Counted from the stretch's first letter, positions 11,843 through 23,700 are shown. The stretch is DNA of 64,000 bases from Takakia lepidozioides (GCA_030704615.1 CM060734.1:12338001-12402000); one strand, 5' to 3'. A program made the numbers and translations. Notes: generated by a model not told the origin, from the sequence alone.

Positions 11843-14800
11843 CACATAGCATGTCAAAGCTAGACAAGGAAACACTAAGCACAGTGTGCCATGTTTGCCT
11901 CTTTTTAACGACATCAGACAGCCTAATCTAGGCACCATCAAACTGTCTCTACCCAGATCTGCCTCCATACCTCCCTTTACATATCCTTGCTGGAAAACCA
12001 GCTTTTAGGTGTACAAAGTGGCAAGCAGATGCACACTAGGTAGGCCCTTCTCAGAAACAGATCTGCCTCCTCACTTTCATATTATAGGAAGCGATAGTAG
12101 AAGTAGGAAGACACAAGTGTCTCCTTAAAAGTAACTCCTTTCCATGTAGGTACAAGCTCATAGATCCATCAAACCAAATAGAGCAAAAACAGCAATAATA
12201 TGTGTACAATCAACACATACAAACAGATTTGAGGTTTGAGAGAGCTCAAAGCCTCACTCCCTTAGTCTCTTGCCCTTAGTAGCATTTCCTGCATCAAAAG
12301 AAGGTGAAGTGGCATCACCTGGATCCATCACAGCCAACCAACCAACCAACAGGTTAGTGATCCCTGTGGAACCCCAGGCTTAAACCCCTTCACATTTGTT
12401 ATCAATGTCATCCCTGCAACAGGTCATACTAGCAAAGAGAGGAGAGGTAACATAGGTACAGAACTCAGTAGCACCTATTTCAGCCCATGCTCCAGAGGGA
12501 GGGGGGGTGGTCTCATGTCTGTAAGCACCCATTCCCAAAAGGAAGGTGTCACTGGAGCCAAGTACTCAAGCAAGGGGACACAGAGGCCTTTGGTTTGCAA
12601 AAGTATTCAAAGAATCAGAGTAGAGCTAATCATGTCCATGTAAGTAAGCATGACAACAGCACCTATTCCCAAAAGGAAGACCAAGTACTTAAGCAAGGGC
12701 ACATATAGAAGCCCTTGGTTTTGCAAAAGTATTCCTAGATTCAGAGTAGAGCTTAGTCAAGTCCATGTAATTTCCTCATAGTGTCAACTCTCTTTGTGTT
12801 GCCATCCTAAGCAGCCCATCACAGTGTTGAAGGAGTCTGAATGGATACCTTGCTTGTAGACATAGTGTAGTCAGCTCCTTCAGCTCTTGCTTGCTCCTCT
12901 TCCAAATGAGAAGAGTGGCCAAGCATACTAACCATGTAGGGCAGCAGCTTTAGGTTAAGACCTCTAGGGTGAACCCTAATGAGTCACCCTCATGAGTCAT
13001 CCTAGTGAGTCATCCCGTTATACAATTCCCCGTTCCGTTCTAGACAAAAAATCTGAATAGAATAACGGGATCAGGCAATTCTTGATTGCTGTCTATAAAA
13101 ATCTTAGCAACATTTAAGGAAAGAGGGAGAGAGAAAAATTTCCTCAAGCCTCTCATTTTCAGGCAGTTCTTGAGTGTTGTTACAAAGAACATATCCACAG
13201 TCAAGTATAGAGAGAGAGAGAGATTGTACTCAAAAGACGTTGTTTGCCGTAGCCTTGTGGCCATTGACCCCGCGCCCAGTTTGATTGTCAGGGACTGACA
13301 TTGGTAGTAAGACTTACCTTTATAAATAGAATTGATTCGGGTTTTCCAGATATCCTCTAGAAATCCCTTCACACAAGCATCAATCTGCTGTGGGTGATTT
13401 GTCCATAAACTAGGCCTCAGAAGGGATCGCCACTGTGCTTGATAAGCTCGTTGACTATGCCATCAGGACCACCTGCTTTATATCCATTTAGATGTTCAAT
13501 TGCTTCCACAATCTCAGAAGAACTAATGGGAGCGTTGTAGGCTTTTGAAATATACTCCAGTTTATCAGGGCTGTTTTGAATCATAGGAACAGTTTTACCA
13601 ACTGTGTCCTTCCATTCATCAGAGGACCCCTCACTGTTAGACCTAGAAGTTCTGCCAAGGATACTGTAGTGGGTTTCAAAGATTTTGACAATGTCAACTG
13701 ATGAAGTTACCACTGCACCCTTAGTAGTCTTCAGCGCTTGTACTTGCTGACAGCTTTTCGGCTTGTACAAGCGTTGAAGGGCCAACCAGAATCTCTTGTC
13801 ATTACCACCATGGTGGTTTGAGTTTATTTCACTGTATAACTTGTCCCAGTAGAATTTCTTCTGAGCCCTTACAAGCAGATTGATATCTTTACGGATCTGG
13901 TAGTACCTCGCCCACAATTCTTTGTTGGTTTTCAAATTGCAGCACTCTTTATAAAGGACTCGTCTCTCAGCTATCTTGAGCTTAATCTCATTGGTCCACC
14001 AATTAACAGCTCTACCGCAGACAATTAGTTTCCTCCCAATGATCTTGTCAGCCGCAGAGGAGACGAAACTCTCCCAAGAATCCACTGCTCTTTCGACTTC
14101 ATTTCTTGCATTGTCAGCGCGAGACTGAAGGTCTTGGAGCGAATGGACAAAATGAGGAAGAGCCTCTTGCAAGGCCTGGACATACTCAGCCTTGACGTCT
14201 TCATTATGGAATTTTTCTATGCGCCACTTCCGAATCGAACGTTTCACAGATCTCTTGGTGTTGGGAAAACACCTTTTGATCTCAGTCCAAACCAGGAAGT
14301 GGTAAGAGGTACCAATATCAGTTCTGTCGATCAACACATTGGCACTCTGGGGAAACAAATTTTTGTCCATTATGATATAATCCACAATGGAACGTTCCCC
14401 AGTTTGGGCTTTCTCACGAGTCCACTGCACTTGGTCACCTTTTGCCCTATTGTTCAAGGCCAGAAGCTGAAGCTCTTCCAGACAGTAATTAACCGTCTGC
14501 CATTAGAGTTCAGCTCGTCCTCACCAAAAGGCCCAATGATATCATCCTGATGGAGACCTTTACCCACCCGGGCATTGAAGTCACCCAATAAAATCACCTG
14601 ACCTTTGGCAAGGAACGAAGCACAGTCTAGCTTTACATCTTCGAAGGCTTTGTCTGCGTCAGCACTAAGGGTCCCCTCTGTGGGCATGTAAACACAACCC
14701 ACAAAGAGGTCCTTCGTACTCATGCTGCCCTTCAGTTTCAGCTTTAGCCAGATACTATGCTCGTACCTCAAACCCTTGTTGATAATTTCACAATTGTCAA

Positions 14801-15234
14801 ACAAGAAATCACGGACAAAGAATCCAACCCCTTTTTGACCGCGTTTGGCAGAGGCTGCCTTGAGAGTACACATCTTACCTGCCCATTTATAACCAATGAC
14901 ATCTCCAAAGAGTTTATCCGACGTTTCCCATGTTTCTTGCCCAGCACAGATATGAATATCATTAGTCCGAAGAACTTGTCCCACTTCGAGTTGTTTCCTT
15001 TGGTTAGTCAGCCCTGAGAAGTTGAAAGTGGCCAGCCGCAAGCCAGCCCTTTGCATGTGAATTGTTTGTCGTCTAGGTAGCTTAAGATTGCTCCTGGACG
15101 GCCAACCGTTCTGCAAAGGGGGGACAGTTACCCCCTGTGTAGATTTTTCTCGTCTTGTGTAAACTTTGAGAATTGGTAGACCATTCAGAGTACCAAATCC
15201 TTCACTTACACGACGTCCGCACACTTAGGGACAA

Positions 15235-15281
<47 letters not shown>

Positions 15282-15643
15282 CTTCCCTCAACCTCTCAAC
15301 CCTTTCCTGTGCAATGAAATTTACTGGAATCTTGCTAGCTTTTGAAGATATCATTGTGCTATGCTTTGGAGTACATCTTTCAAGGTCAACGCATTGAAAA
15401 GTCATTCATGGCAATGCGCTTTCAAGGTCAAGGCATGGAAAAGTCATTCATGGCAATGTGGTGGGTTTTGTTTGGCAGGCTTATTACGCACCTAATCCCA
15501 ATGGCACCCGGGGTAAAGTTATAGCAGGGACTCTTTTTGCAATTATTGCAGTCCTGGCTGCCGTCGCAGTTGGAGCTTACGTTTACATGAAAAAGAAACG
15601 AAGGGCGTATCAAACTGCATCATATGTGAGGGGGTTTGAGTAG
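5161..15643 (+). CDS. Single-pass type I membrane protein with an extracellular Venus-flytrap (ANF_receptor / periplasmic-binding-protein type I) domain, 488 aa, 10 exons
   Basis: Exons 5161-5309, 6874-7170, 7464-7503, 7771-7854, 8291-8464, 8895-8973, 9121-9171, 9435-9781, 10099-10179 and 15479-15643. All introns are GT-AG; the total is 1467 nt in one open frame. Signal peptide MPICGVLLLLVAFLALWPGGEA. Domain motifs: SECD..GAVGPACTG, LVSFAATGEPLSSRNMFPTFFRTVYSD, WWYLGTDG, FQGCTGQVAFD..GSR..YDLV. TM segment VIAGTLFAIIAVLAAVAVGAYVYM; tail KKKRRAYQTASYVRGFE. Confidence 0.85.
11280..11726 (+). mobile_element. Two tandem 5'-truncated 3' ends of an APE-type LINE, each ending in (CT)n
   Basis: ORF end YFLIHCPGYS...IWKTR...GRGVNGHKATANNVL* followed by (CT)10 at 11641-11660. 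A second ~60-bp copy (caaactgggcgc..gccacaaggctacggcaaacaacgtc) follows immediately and ends in ctctct. Highly similar to 13224-13425 on the minus strand. Confidence 0.8.
11811..11839. repeat. (GA)n microsatellite
   Basis: About 14 GA units, read directly from the sequence. Confidence 0.95.
12524..12770 (+). repeat. Degenerate ~130-bp tandem duplication inside a probable TE-derived intronic segment
   Basis: agcacc.attcccaaaaggaag...ccaagtact.aagcaaggg...tttgcaaaagtattc...tcagagtagagct...gtccatgtaa occurs at ~12524-12642 and ~12658-12770. Confidence 0.75.
13224..15237 (-). mobile_element. Internally deleted non-L1 LINE (APE endonuclease, RT start, 3' end; RTE-X/CR1-superfamily-like) flanked by (TC)n on both sides
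   Basis: APE motifs LATFNFSGL, QETW, GVGFFVR, CVYMP, LLGDFNARVG, NSNGRRL and SIVDYII, then the RT N-terminal motif KAGGPDGIVNELIK. At ~13420 this is fused directly to the 3' end, so the RT core is missing. Frameshift at ~14455. (GA)20 at 15238-15277 and (AG)7 at 13209-13223. Confidence 0.88.
15379..15460 (+). repeat. 42-bp tandem duplication just upstream of the last splice acceptor of the receptor gene
   Basis: ttcaaggtcaa(c/g)gcat(t/g)gaaaagtcattcatggcaatg occurs twice. Confidence 0.85.
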
Positions 15644-17799
15644 GCAACCATGATTTTAAAATGGGAAGATTGTTCGAGCTGAGCGATCCCTTGTCATTAC
15701 GGCCTACCATTGAAAACAGATGAAAGGGATATGACACAGGAACAGATACATGTCCATGCATGCCCAATTGATACAAATTGGCGGGATCAATGCGACACTA
15801 GGTTTCAATGGCGGGGGAGTAGACATCTGTTGTATAGGATCTTCAACATTCCTTGCAGAATGAAATCTGTGTAGTCCTCTCTCCACAGGTGCAGCTCATT
15901 GAAGAGATGAAGGGAATGTGAATGACTGCAATAAAATCAGAGTTTTGACTATGATGTTCTTACTTCTTACTATTCCAGGACAGAATATAATTACTCTCAT
16001 GTATTCTTACTATAGAATCTTATATCCTAAGAATTATCAAAGAATAAAAAACGTCAATAATTGCGAACCGACCCATCGTTCGTGCAATCCCAATATTCAA
16101 TTAATTAAATTCTGACATGGAAGAGGTTTAGTTGGATTGAGTTATAATTAGTAAGAAGGTTAGCAGGATCACGGGTTAGTTAGTAAGGAAGTAGGGGGGT
16201 CGCTAAACTCGCTGACCGAGTGCGTCGCTAAATCCGAACTCCCGGCTTCTTCTCCTTCGCCACCACGCATACCTTCTCCCTTCGAGATTGTTGGCAATGG
16301 CCGTCTGCAGCTGGGTCTGATACGGAGTGAGAGTTATCCGTTGCTTTCTTTCCTGGATCATCCCGCTTGTGGGTTTCGTTTTCTCTTTGTTTGCATCTCG
16401 GGTGTGCTCTCTGTTTTCGGCATGCACTATCCGTGGATCTGTTGCCTACGGTAGCAAATTACCGTCCTGATTCAGGTATTGATGTATGCTCTTGCTTTTT
16501 TGAATCCCCCTCGGTTTCTGATTGGTGGACTGATATCCCGCAATCGAAGACACTGAAAACCTGTGCCTTGTAGGAATCACGTTTGCAGGGTAGAATAAAG
16601 CACGCCCATAGGTGCATTTCAGTCGGAAAATGTCGCGCTTTGAGTGAGGTGGCCATATCCCACTGCATTGGTGTAAGATCTGAAGTTTTTCCATAGATCT
16701 CCATTTGTGTGTCATTCGTGATTCGATGTTGGTAGTTATCTGGTCTGGATCTAAGAAGAATGTTGAAATTTCAGATCTACGAGATTTATTAGTCTCTAGA
16801 TCTCTGTTTCAATCTCTCTTGGAGTGTTTTCCTGTCTTTCACAGGATTGCACTTGCATCTTCTCATCGCAGTATATTGTGCACTTTTTCATGTTTCTGGT
16901 TATCTGGTAGCAAATCTCTTCATATAAAGAAAACCATTTTCCGTGTCACATTTCCTCTTAAACCAAGACATATGCTTTACTCAGTTCCTTGTAACTTTTC
17001 ATCCTCCTCATCACTCTGCAATTGTCTCCTATCTGTGTGGCTACCTCACTTCTTTGTTCCCAAACCCACCTTCCCCTGCTTGCTGGTAATCCTGTTTCTT
17101 TCAAATCCATGTTTTCAAGTGATTTTCCAGTACGCGATTGCTTTCTACTTTTAAAAGAGAGGTCTAGGAGGAGGTAACGTGATTCTCGCATAGATTGAAT
17201 GTGTACATTGGCTGAGAGTTTGTGATTGTGGTGGAAGCACTGATGTTTCTAGATGAGGCCTGTAACAACTGCTTAGACTTTGTCCTCACGGCATTCCACT
17301 TTGCATGTCAGCTTGGTACAGAATGCCACTTCGTTTGGGAAGGTTGCTCCTTGGTGCTCATTAATTATAATAGGGCCGCCACCCTCCTTGCACTCCCCCT
17401 TTGGTAGAAAATCAGATTGGGCCTCTGTTCTCACTGGAAGGATACAAAACCTTACATTGTTATTTTATGTCTGTTGCTGAATGTAAGCTTCCAAGCTTAT
17501 AAGGTGGAGATTAACAGAAGTTGTGGATTTGTAACAATCTTCCTCAAAGCTGTCATTGTCTGGAACTCTTGACAAGAATTAGCCTAACATGAGCTCGACT
17601 CCCACATGACAACCTTTTGGGTATCTAGCCCCTCCCTTTTTTTCAAAGACCTTGGTTAGGAGGGTGCTGTTGACCAGATACAACTGCTGCGCAAGTAAGT
17701 TTACACATCTGTCGAAGTCAAGAGGTTATTAAGCAGATCCAGTGTTCTGCTTTGGGACAGGTCACAGAATTCCTTCTTGGCTCCACGAGGTGTTTGACA

Positions 17800-20700
17800 A
17801 TGAATGACTCTTCATCAGAGGCTCCTTTGGAGCAACTGCAGGCGCCACATAATCTGGAGGCAGATTCTGAGCAGGCAGAGAGCGCTGAGCGAATTACGGA
17901 GGTGCAATCACAAAATGGTGATGACAACATTAACAAGACTGCCTCTTCAGACACACAATGGGAAGAGGTGAAGCTATTCAAACTTTAGTATGCTCATGTC
18001 CAGGGATGCAAAGGAATGGTTTAGTTAATGCTTTGTTTGCACATACACATCAAATGGGTGACACCAAGATGACCCACTGAGGCATGAAAGAGCAAAACCC
18101 CAACTTTTGTTGAAATTGAAGCTGGAGGGAAAATACAAAATCAGGTCAGAAATGCATAAGCATACACACATGGGGTTGCAAGTCAGACAGGGAGAGACAG
18201 ACAAACACTGGTAAGATGGGAGCGGTACTGAGAAGAAGGTGAAAGAAATGCTGAGTTGGGAGGGGAACAGCATCGGGAGTGGGAGGGAAGGGTTCACCAA
18301 GGCAGACGCTACCTCTTCTGATGGCTTACACAAGTTGTCTTCCTATCCTGCATGATCTGCAGCAAGTAAAAGCTCTACAAAACCAGGTTGTAGAGCTGGA
18401 AGCAAACCTGAAAAAGGCAGAAGGAGCTGCTCAAGCTGCTATCAAACTGGCTGGAAATGGTGCAGAAGCTGAGAGCCGAGCATCTGAACTGGAGTTAAAG
18501 CTGCAGGATGGCGAGGCATTGATTGGTGAATTGAAGACCCTCGCAGCATCCCTGGAGGCAAAGGTCAAACAGATGGAAAACCAAGAGCCTGTGGGCGACG
18601 AGAAGGCTACATTGGTAGCAAGAGTGACAGAAGTGGAGGGTCTTTTGAGTGCTGCACAAACCCAGGTATGACAGCAGAAAGAGAGGCAGTTAATCTGTGC
18701 TATAAGCATGTAAATTGTGTTTCTATTTGAAATGAAAAGTTTATCTCCCTCAGAGGGAAAACCAGGCATCCCGTGGCTGTAGGTGCTTTCTCTAGCCTTC
18801 GAAGCCTTCTCCAAGCCTTGTTGAGCAACATGTGTCTAATTGGAAGCTGGTTGTCTAGTGACCACAAGAAATGTCATAGGAGACTCAGGCTGCACATTCC
18901 TGCACTCCTACTAACTATAAAATGTTGTCACAGCTTGACTCTCAGCACGCAGAACTTGCTACATCAGCAGTCAGAGAGGAACATTTGAAGGAGACTCATA
19001 TTAAAGTGAGTCAGCTTGAGTCTGAAATTACCTCCTTAAAGGAAACAGTGGATGAATTGGATGGGAAGTTGGCGACAGCAACTGGAAAACTTGAAGAGCA
19101 TGAAAGCAGTGCCCTGACCTTCACAGAGAGGTGCAATGAACTGGGGGAGAGGGTTAAAGCTGCAGAAGAGAGGGCTGCCCACCATGAGAATCGGTCCAAA
19201 GAGTTGACTGACAGATCTGTGGAGCTTGAGAGTTTACTCACAGGACATCAAACACAGGCCAAGGATGTTCAAGAGAAAGTCACTCCTTTGGAAGTGAGGG
19301 TAGCAGAGTTGGAACAGGATCTCAAATTAAAAGGAGAAAAGCAGGCTGAACTGGAAGAGAGAGTGAAAGATGCAGAGAACAGGGCTGCTCACCATGAGAG
19401 CAGTGCAAAGGACATGAGTGACAGATCTGTGGAGCTCGAGAGTCTATTGGCAGTACAGCAAAAGGATTCTACAGAGAAAATTGGCCCTCTGGAAACCAGA
19501 GTGGCTAAGCTGGAACAGGAACTACAAACCTTACATGAGATGAAAGATGGACTCAGAAAGACTGCCAAGGCTGCAGAGGAGAGGGCAGCTCATCATGAGG
19601 GCAGTGCAAATGAATTGAATGACAGAGTTTTGGAGCTTGAAGGACTGCTGACCATGCACCAATCACAACTGAAAGATGCTGGAGAAAAACGTGATCTTTT
19701 GGAGGCTGAATCGGCTGAGCTGAAACAGGAACAATGCAGCTCCCAGCAGAAGGAAGCAGAACTTAAAAAGACTATGATGGAAAGGGCAGCTCACTATGAA
19801 AATTCTTCAAAGGAATTTAATGACAGAGCTTTGGAGTTTGAAGGCCTCATGTCCACACACCAAACACAAGCAAAAGATGCTGGAGAGAAACTTGCTCTTT
19901 CCGAAGCCAGGGTGGTTGAGTTGGAGGAGGAACTGAAAAACATGCAAGCAAGAGAGACCAACCTGGAAGAAAGGGTAAAGGCTGCAGAGGACAGGGCTAT
20001 ATACCATGAGGGCAGTGTAAAACAGCTGACTGATAGGACTATGGAGCTCGAAAGTCTATTGGTCACACACAAATCTCAGGTTGAGCAGCAGGAAGCAAAA
20101 GCTGCCCATGTGGCAGAGCTGGAACAGGAGCTGGAGAGCTTGCAGGTGCAGTTCTTCAAACTGTAAAGTCATTTCATTATTTTGGCTGATGCTGTCAATT
20201 GATGTTGGAAGCATGTCACTGTCTTTACCAGAAGGTGTTTGGAGTTCCGAGGAGAAGGATGTTGACTTATGTATATAAGGTGTTCATATCACAGAGTGAG
20301 AGAGTATAAACAGATGTACACACCGAGCGTCTTTTCTGGTGAGTGCAGGGGAGAACACCAGACCAGTGGTGACGCAATCTGCTGGCGTTGAAAGCTGGTG
20401 AAACTCTTAAATTGTCTGCCACAGAGTTTTTACTACTTTATGCTAGTCTAGCAATGTAACTCTTTCTGCTTTGTGTGGCTGGGACGACTGAATGATATGG
20501 CGCTTGGACAAATAGATTGCCTGGAAAATTGGTTACATTCTGGCAGCGGTTGTGGCAGGTGTGGGATATTCATCCTGAATTCCGATGTCAAAGTAGATTA
20601 AGCTTTGGAATATAACCTTGTCTGATGTCTGATGTCAACTTAACAGGAAAGGCAAGCTGAATTAGAAGAGAAGGCGAAGACAGCAGACGAAAGAGCTGCT

Positions 20701-23700
20701 CTCATTGAAGACAGTGCAAAGCAATCAACCACAAGAACATTGGAGCTCGAGGGTTTACTGGCTGCACATCAACTTCAAGCTAAAGTAATGGAGGCTGAAC
20801 TGGCAGAGAAAGCAAGAATTGCTGAGGAGAGGGCCTCCCACCATGAGGGCAGTGCAAAGCAATTCAGTGAAAGATCTCTTGATCTTGAGGCCCTACTTAC
20901 CACACACCAAAATCAGGCCGCAGAGAGGACTGCCTCCTTGGAGGCTTTGCTGACCACAACTCAGAAGACGCACGCTGAGGTGAATGCAGACGCTGCAGAA
21001 CTCAAGGAAAAATTGAGGGAAGCTGAAGAGAGGGCAGCACAAGCACTTAGTAAGGTGAGCATAATCAGACTTACACAACACAGGTGCCTGAAGCCTGCAT
21101 GTATACCGTGTTATATTCGAGAGCAATTCCAAATTCCACATCACCATCGAACCTTTTTCAATACAACCAATTTGCAAGCAGGACGGTCAGAAAAGTGAAT
21201 ATAATACTAAACAACTCCACACTCCTTAGACCTTAAACAGAGTCACAAAATATGCAAGTAGAAAATCTTATAAATTTAAAACCTTGGCAACATATTTGAT
21301 TAGTAGGAGACAGCTCCTGTTGACAGTTTCCTGTGAATTGGAGCTTTGGTGCCGTCTTCTTCAGATAAGATGTTGACCTGGATTTTGACTTAGGTTCCTC
21401 CTGTGCAATTGTGAAGGCAGGAGAAGCAGATGCAGTTGTAGCTGAGCTGCAGCTTTCAGTGGCAAAGATGAAGGAAGCAGAAAGTGTTGCCTTGGAACTG
21501 CAGGAGAAATTGGTGGCTCTGCAAGAGAGAGCTGATACTGCCGAGGGCCAGTATGGGGCTGCAGTAGAGAGCTTGGCAAAGTCAAGAGAAGAGTTTGGTG
21601 GACTCCAAACATTGGCAGCACAGTTGGGACATGAAAGGCAGCAGCTTGAATCACAGGTGTTCCCTTGTCTCTTTCCTCTTCCTCTGATGATTTCCTGACA
21701 TAACAGCCAAAGCTGTCTTCCTACCTTGCTGTTTCTCCAAAATCATAATGAGATAGTGCCTATTTTTTGAGGTACTGCAGTGAATAATCTTTGCAGTGAG
21801 ATACCTTCTTTACAGCCATGAAAATGACTATGACGGCACCCTCCTCACTTGGTGATGCCAAAAGGCTGTTACCCTCCGCGGGTCTAAATTTGCGGCGAGT
21901 TTTCCAATTGATGGTATGGTGTGCGGTTTTACATGGAAATTTGGAATGTCAGGAACAGTAAAGGAACAGGCTTCAGGCAATGGTAGTGGCTCCATTCTAC
22001 TCTCCCCTCTCTTTTCTGCTCCATCATAAGCAGGTGCACCTACAAGGGTAAGCAAAGTCTATCTCTTTTTTCTGTAGACTGGCTCATTCCATTGAGTCCT
22101 TACATATCTAGATTCTGTAGTCGAGCACTATGTATATAATGCGCACAGTACCAACCCTTAAGGTTGGCTTCACAGGTGGGGCAAATGGCAAACATTGTTC
22201 AAGAAAACGAAAGCTTGCATAGCCAGGTGACGGACCTACAAGGACAGCTCCAAGAAATTTTGACAAGGGGAGAAGTGGATGCAAATGAGCTCAAGAAAAA
22301 ATCTTTCCGCGAAGCAACTCTTGATGGAGAGCTGCAGGCCTTGAGGTCGCAAGCATCTGAGTTCACTGTTTTACGTTCACGTGTGACAGAGTTTGAGCAG
22401 AAGGTGCGGGAAGCAGAAGCAAAAGATCATCAACAGGTATTTGTGAGACTGTGTTTTAATACTTGTTGAGTATCTGATCACCCTCATCATAAAAGAGATG
22501 AAACTGTGGTATTTTGCTACAAGGCATTTTGAATGTGTTTTGTGTAGACTCGTTGACATGTTTCATTTGCAACCGGGATCCCTTGTTTTGCATGCCCCTC
22601 CCTTTGACCACCAAATCTGTTGTGCACTGTGGCATGCAGAATGCTAGCTTAGTAAGGGAGCAGCAAAGAGTGACAGCAGCTCAAGACGAAATTTCTGCAC
22701 TGAAGGATCAGCTGGCCAATCATACCTCCCAAGTACATTCTCTTGTGTTCCTCATATGCATTCTTTGCTTTTAGCTTGCAGTGGAACCTTGTTGGATGAC
22801 TAGTGAACTGTCAATACGTATTTTCCTGGTCACCTGTAGACTTTTGCAGGAGGTACAGGTGTAGATTTGAGAACATGAATGGAGACAAGGGAAGGCAATT
22901 TGTTGCCCTCTGAATGTACCCACACCTGTATGTCAAGTATTTGGGGTAAAGATCCAACAGTAGGAACAAACGTTTACTTACATAGCTTAACATTAAGCCA
23001 TGCTTTGAGATAAAAGCTTGGGTCTGGAAAAGTCTAGATGGAGGTTTTGATCAAACCATGGTAAATCAGAGGCAACTAGTTGTTAAGATTTGGAATGCGA
23101 GACTAAACCTGGAACTTTTGACCAAGGTAAGTTTTAAGAGTGAAGGTATGGAGATTTGTAGGCCTGCTAAGTGGACGCATTCTGAGCTTGAAGTACAATG
23201 TTCAGAATGACTGGCAGTGGTTGATCTTAAACTAGGGTTTTGTGAAGTGCATAGACAGGATTTGTAGTTAAACTGACTAACCTCAAAAGTAGTGAGACCA
23301 ACACACCATTTCCAAACTGATGTACATCAAAATGATAGGTTCACTCACCAGTCAACACAACACAGAGAGTTGTCATGGAGTATGACATGTGTTTTAAGTT
23401 TTGGGTAGAAACACATGCTCCTTGTATCTTAACTTTACTTGGATTTCTTCAATGTCATGTGGGTGCAGGGGGAAGGGGAGCTGGAGGCCACAATCCTGGA
23501 TGTTACAGAGAGAGTTCGAACTGCTGAGTCTGAGGCTGCTAGTGCACGGCAGCTTGCCTCCGTCCTAGAGGTACTCTTTCTCTGACATAAGAGGGAAGGA
23601 ATTGTAGCTGTCTTGTTTTTGAAAGATAGAAATGGGTGTTATGAAGAAATATTTCTATAGTTTCTCATAAGTAAGCATCTGATGGAGCTGAGTTCTGGCT

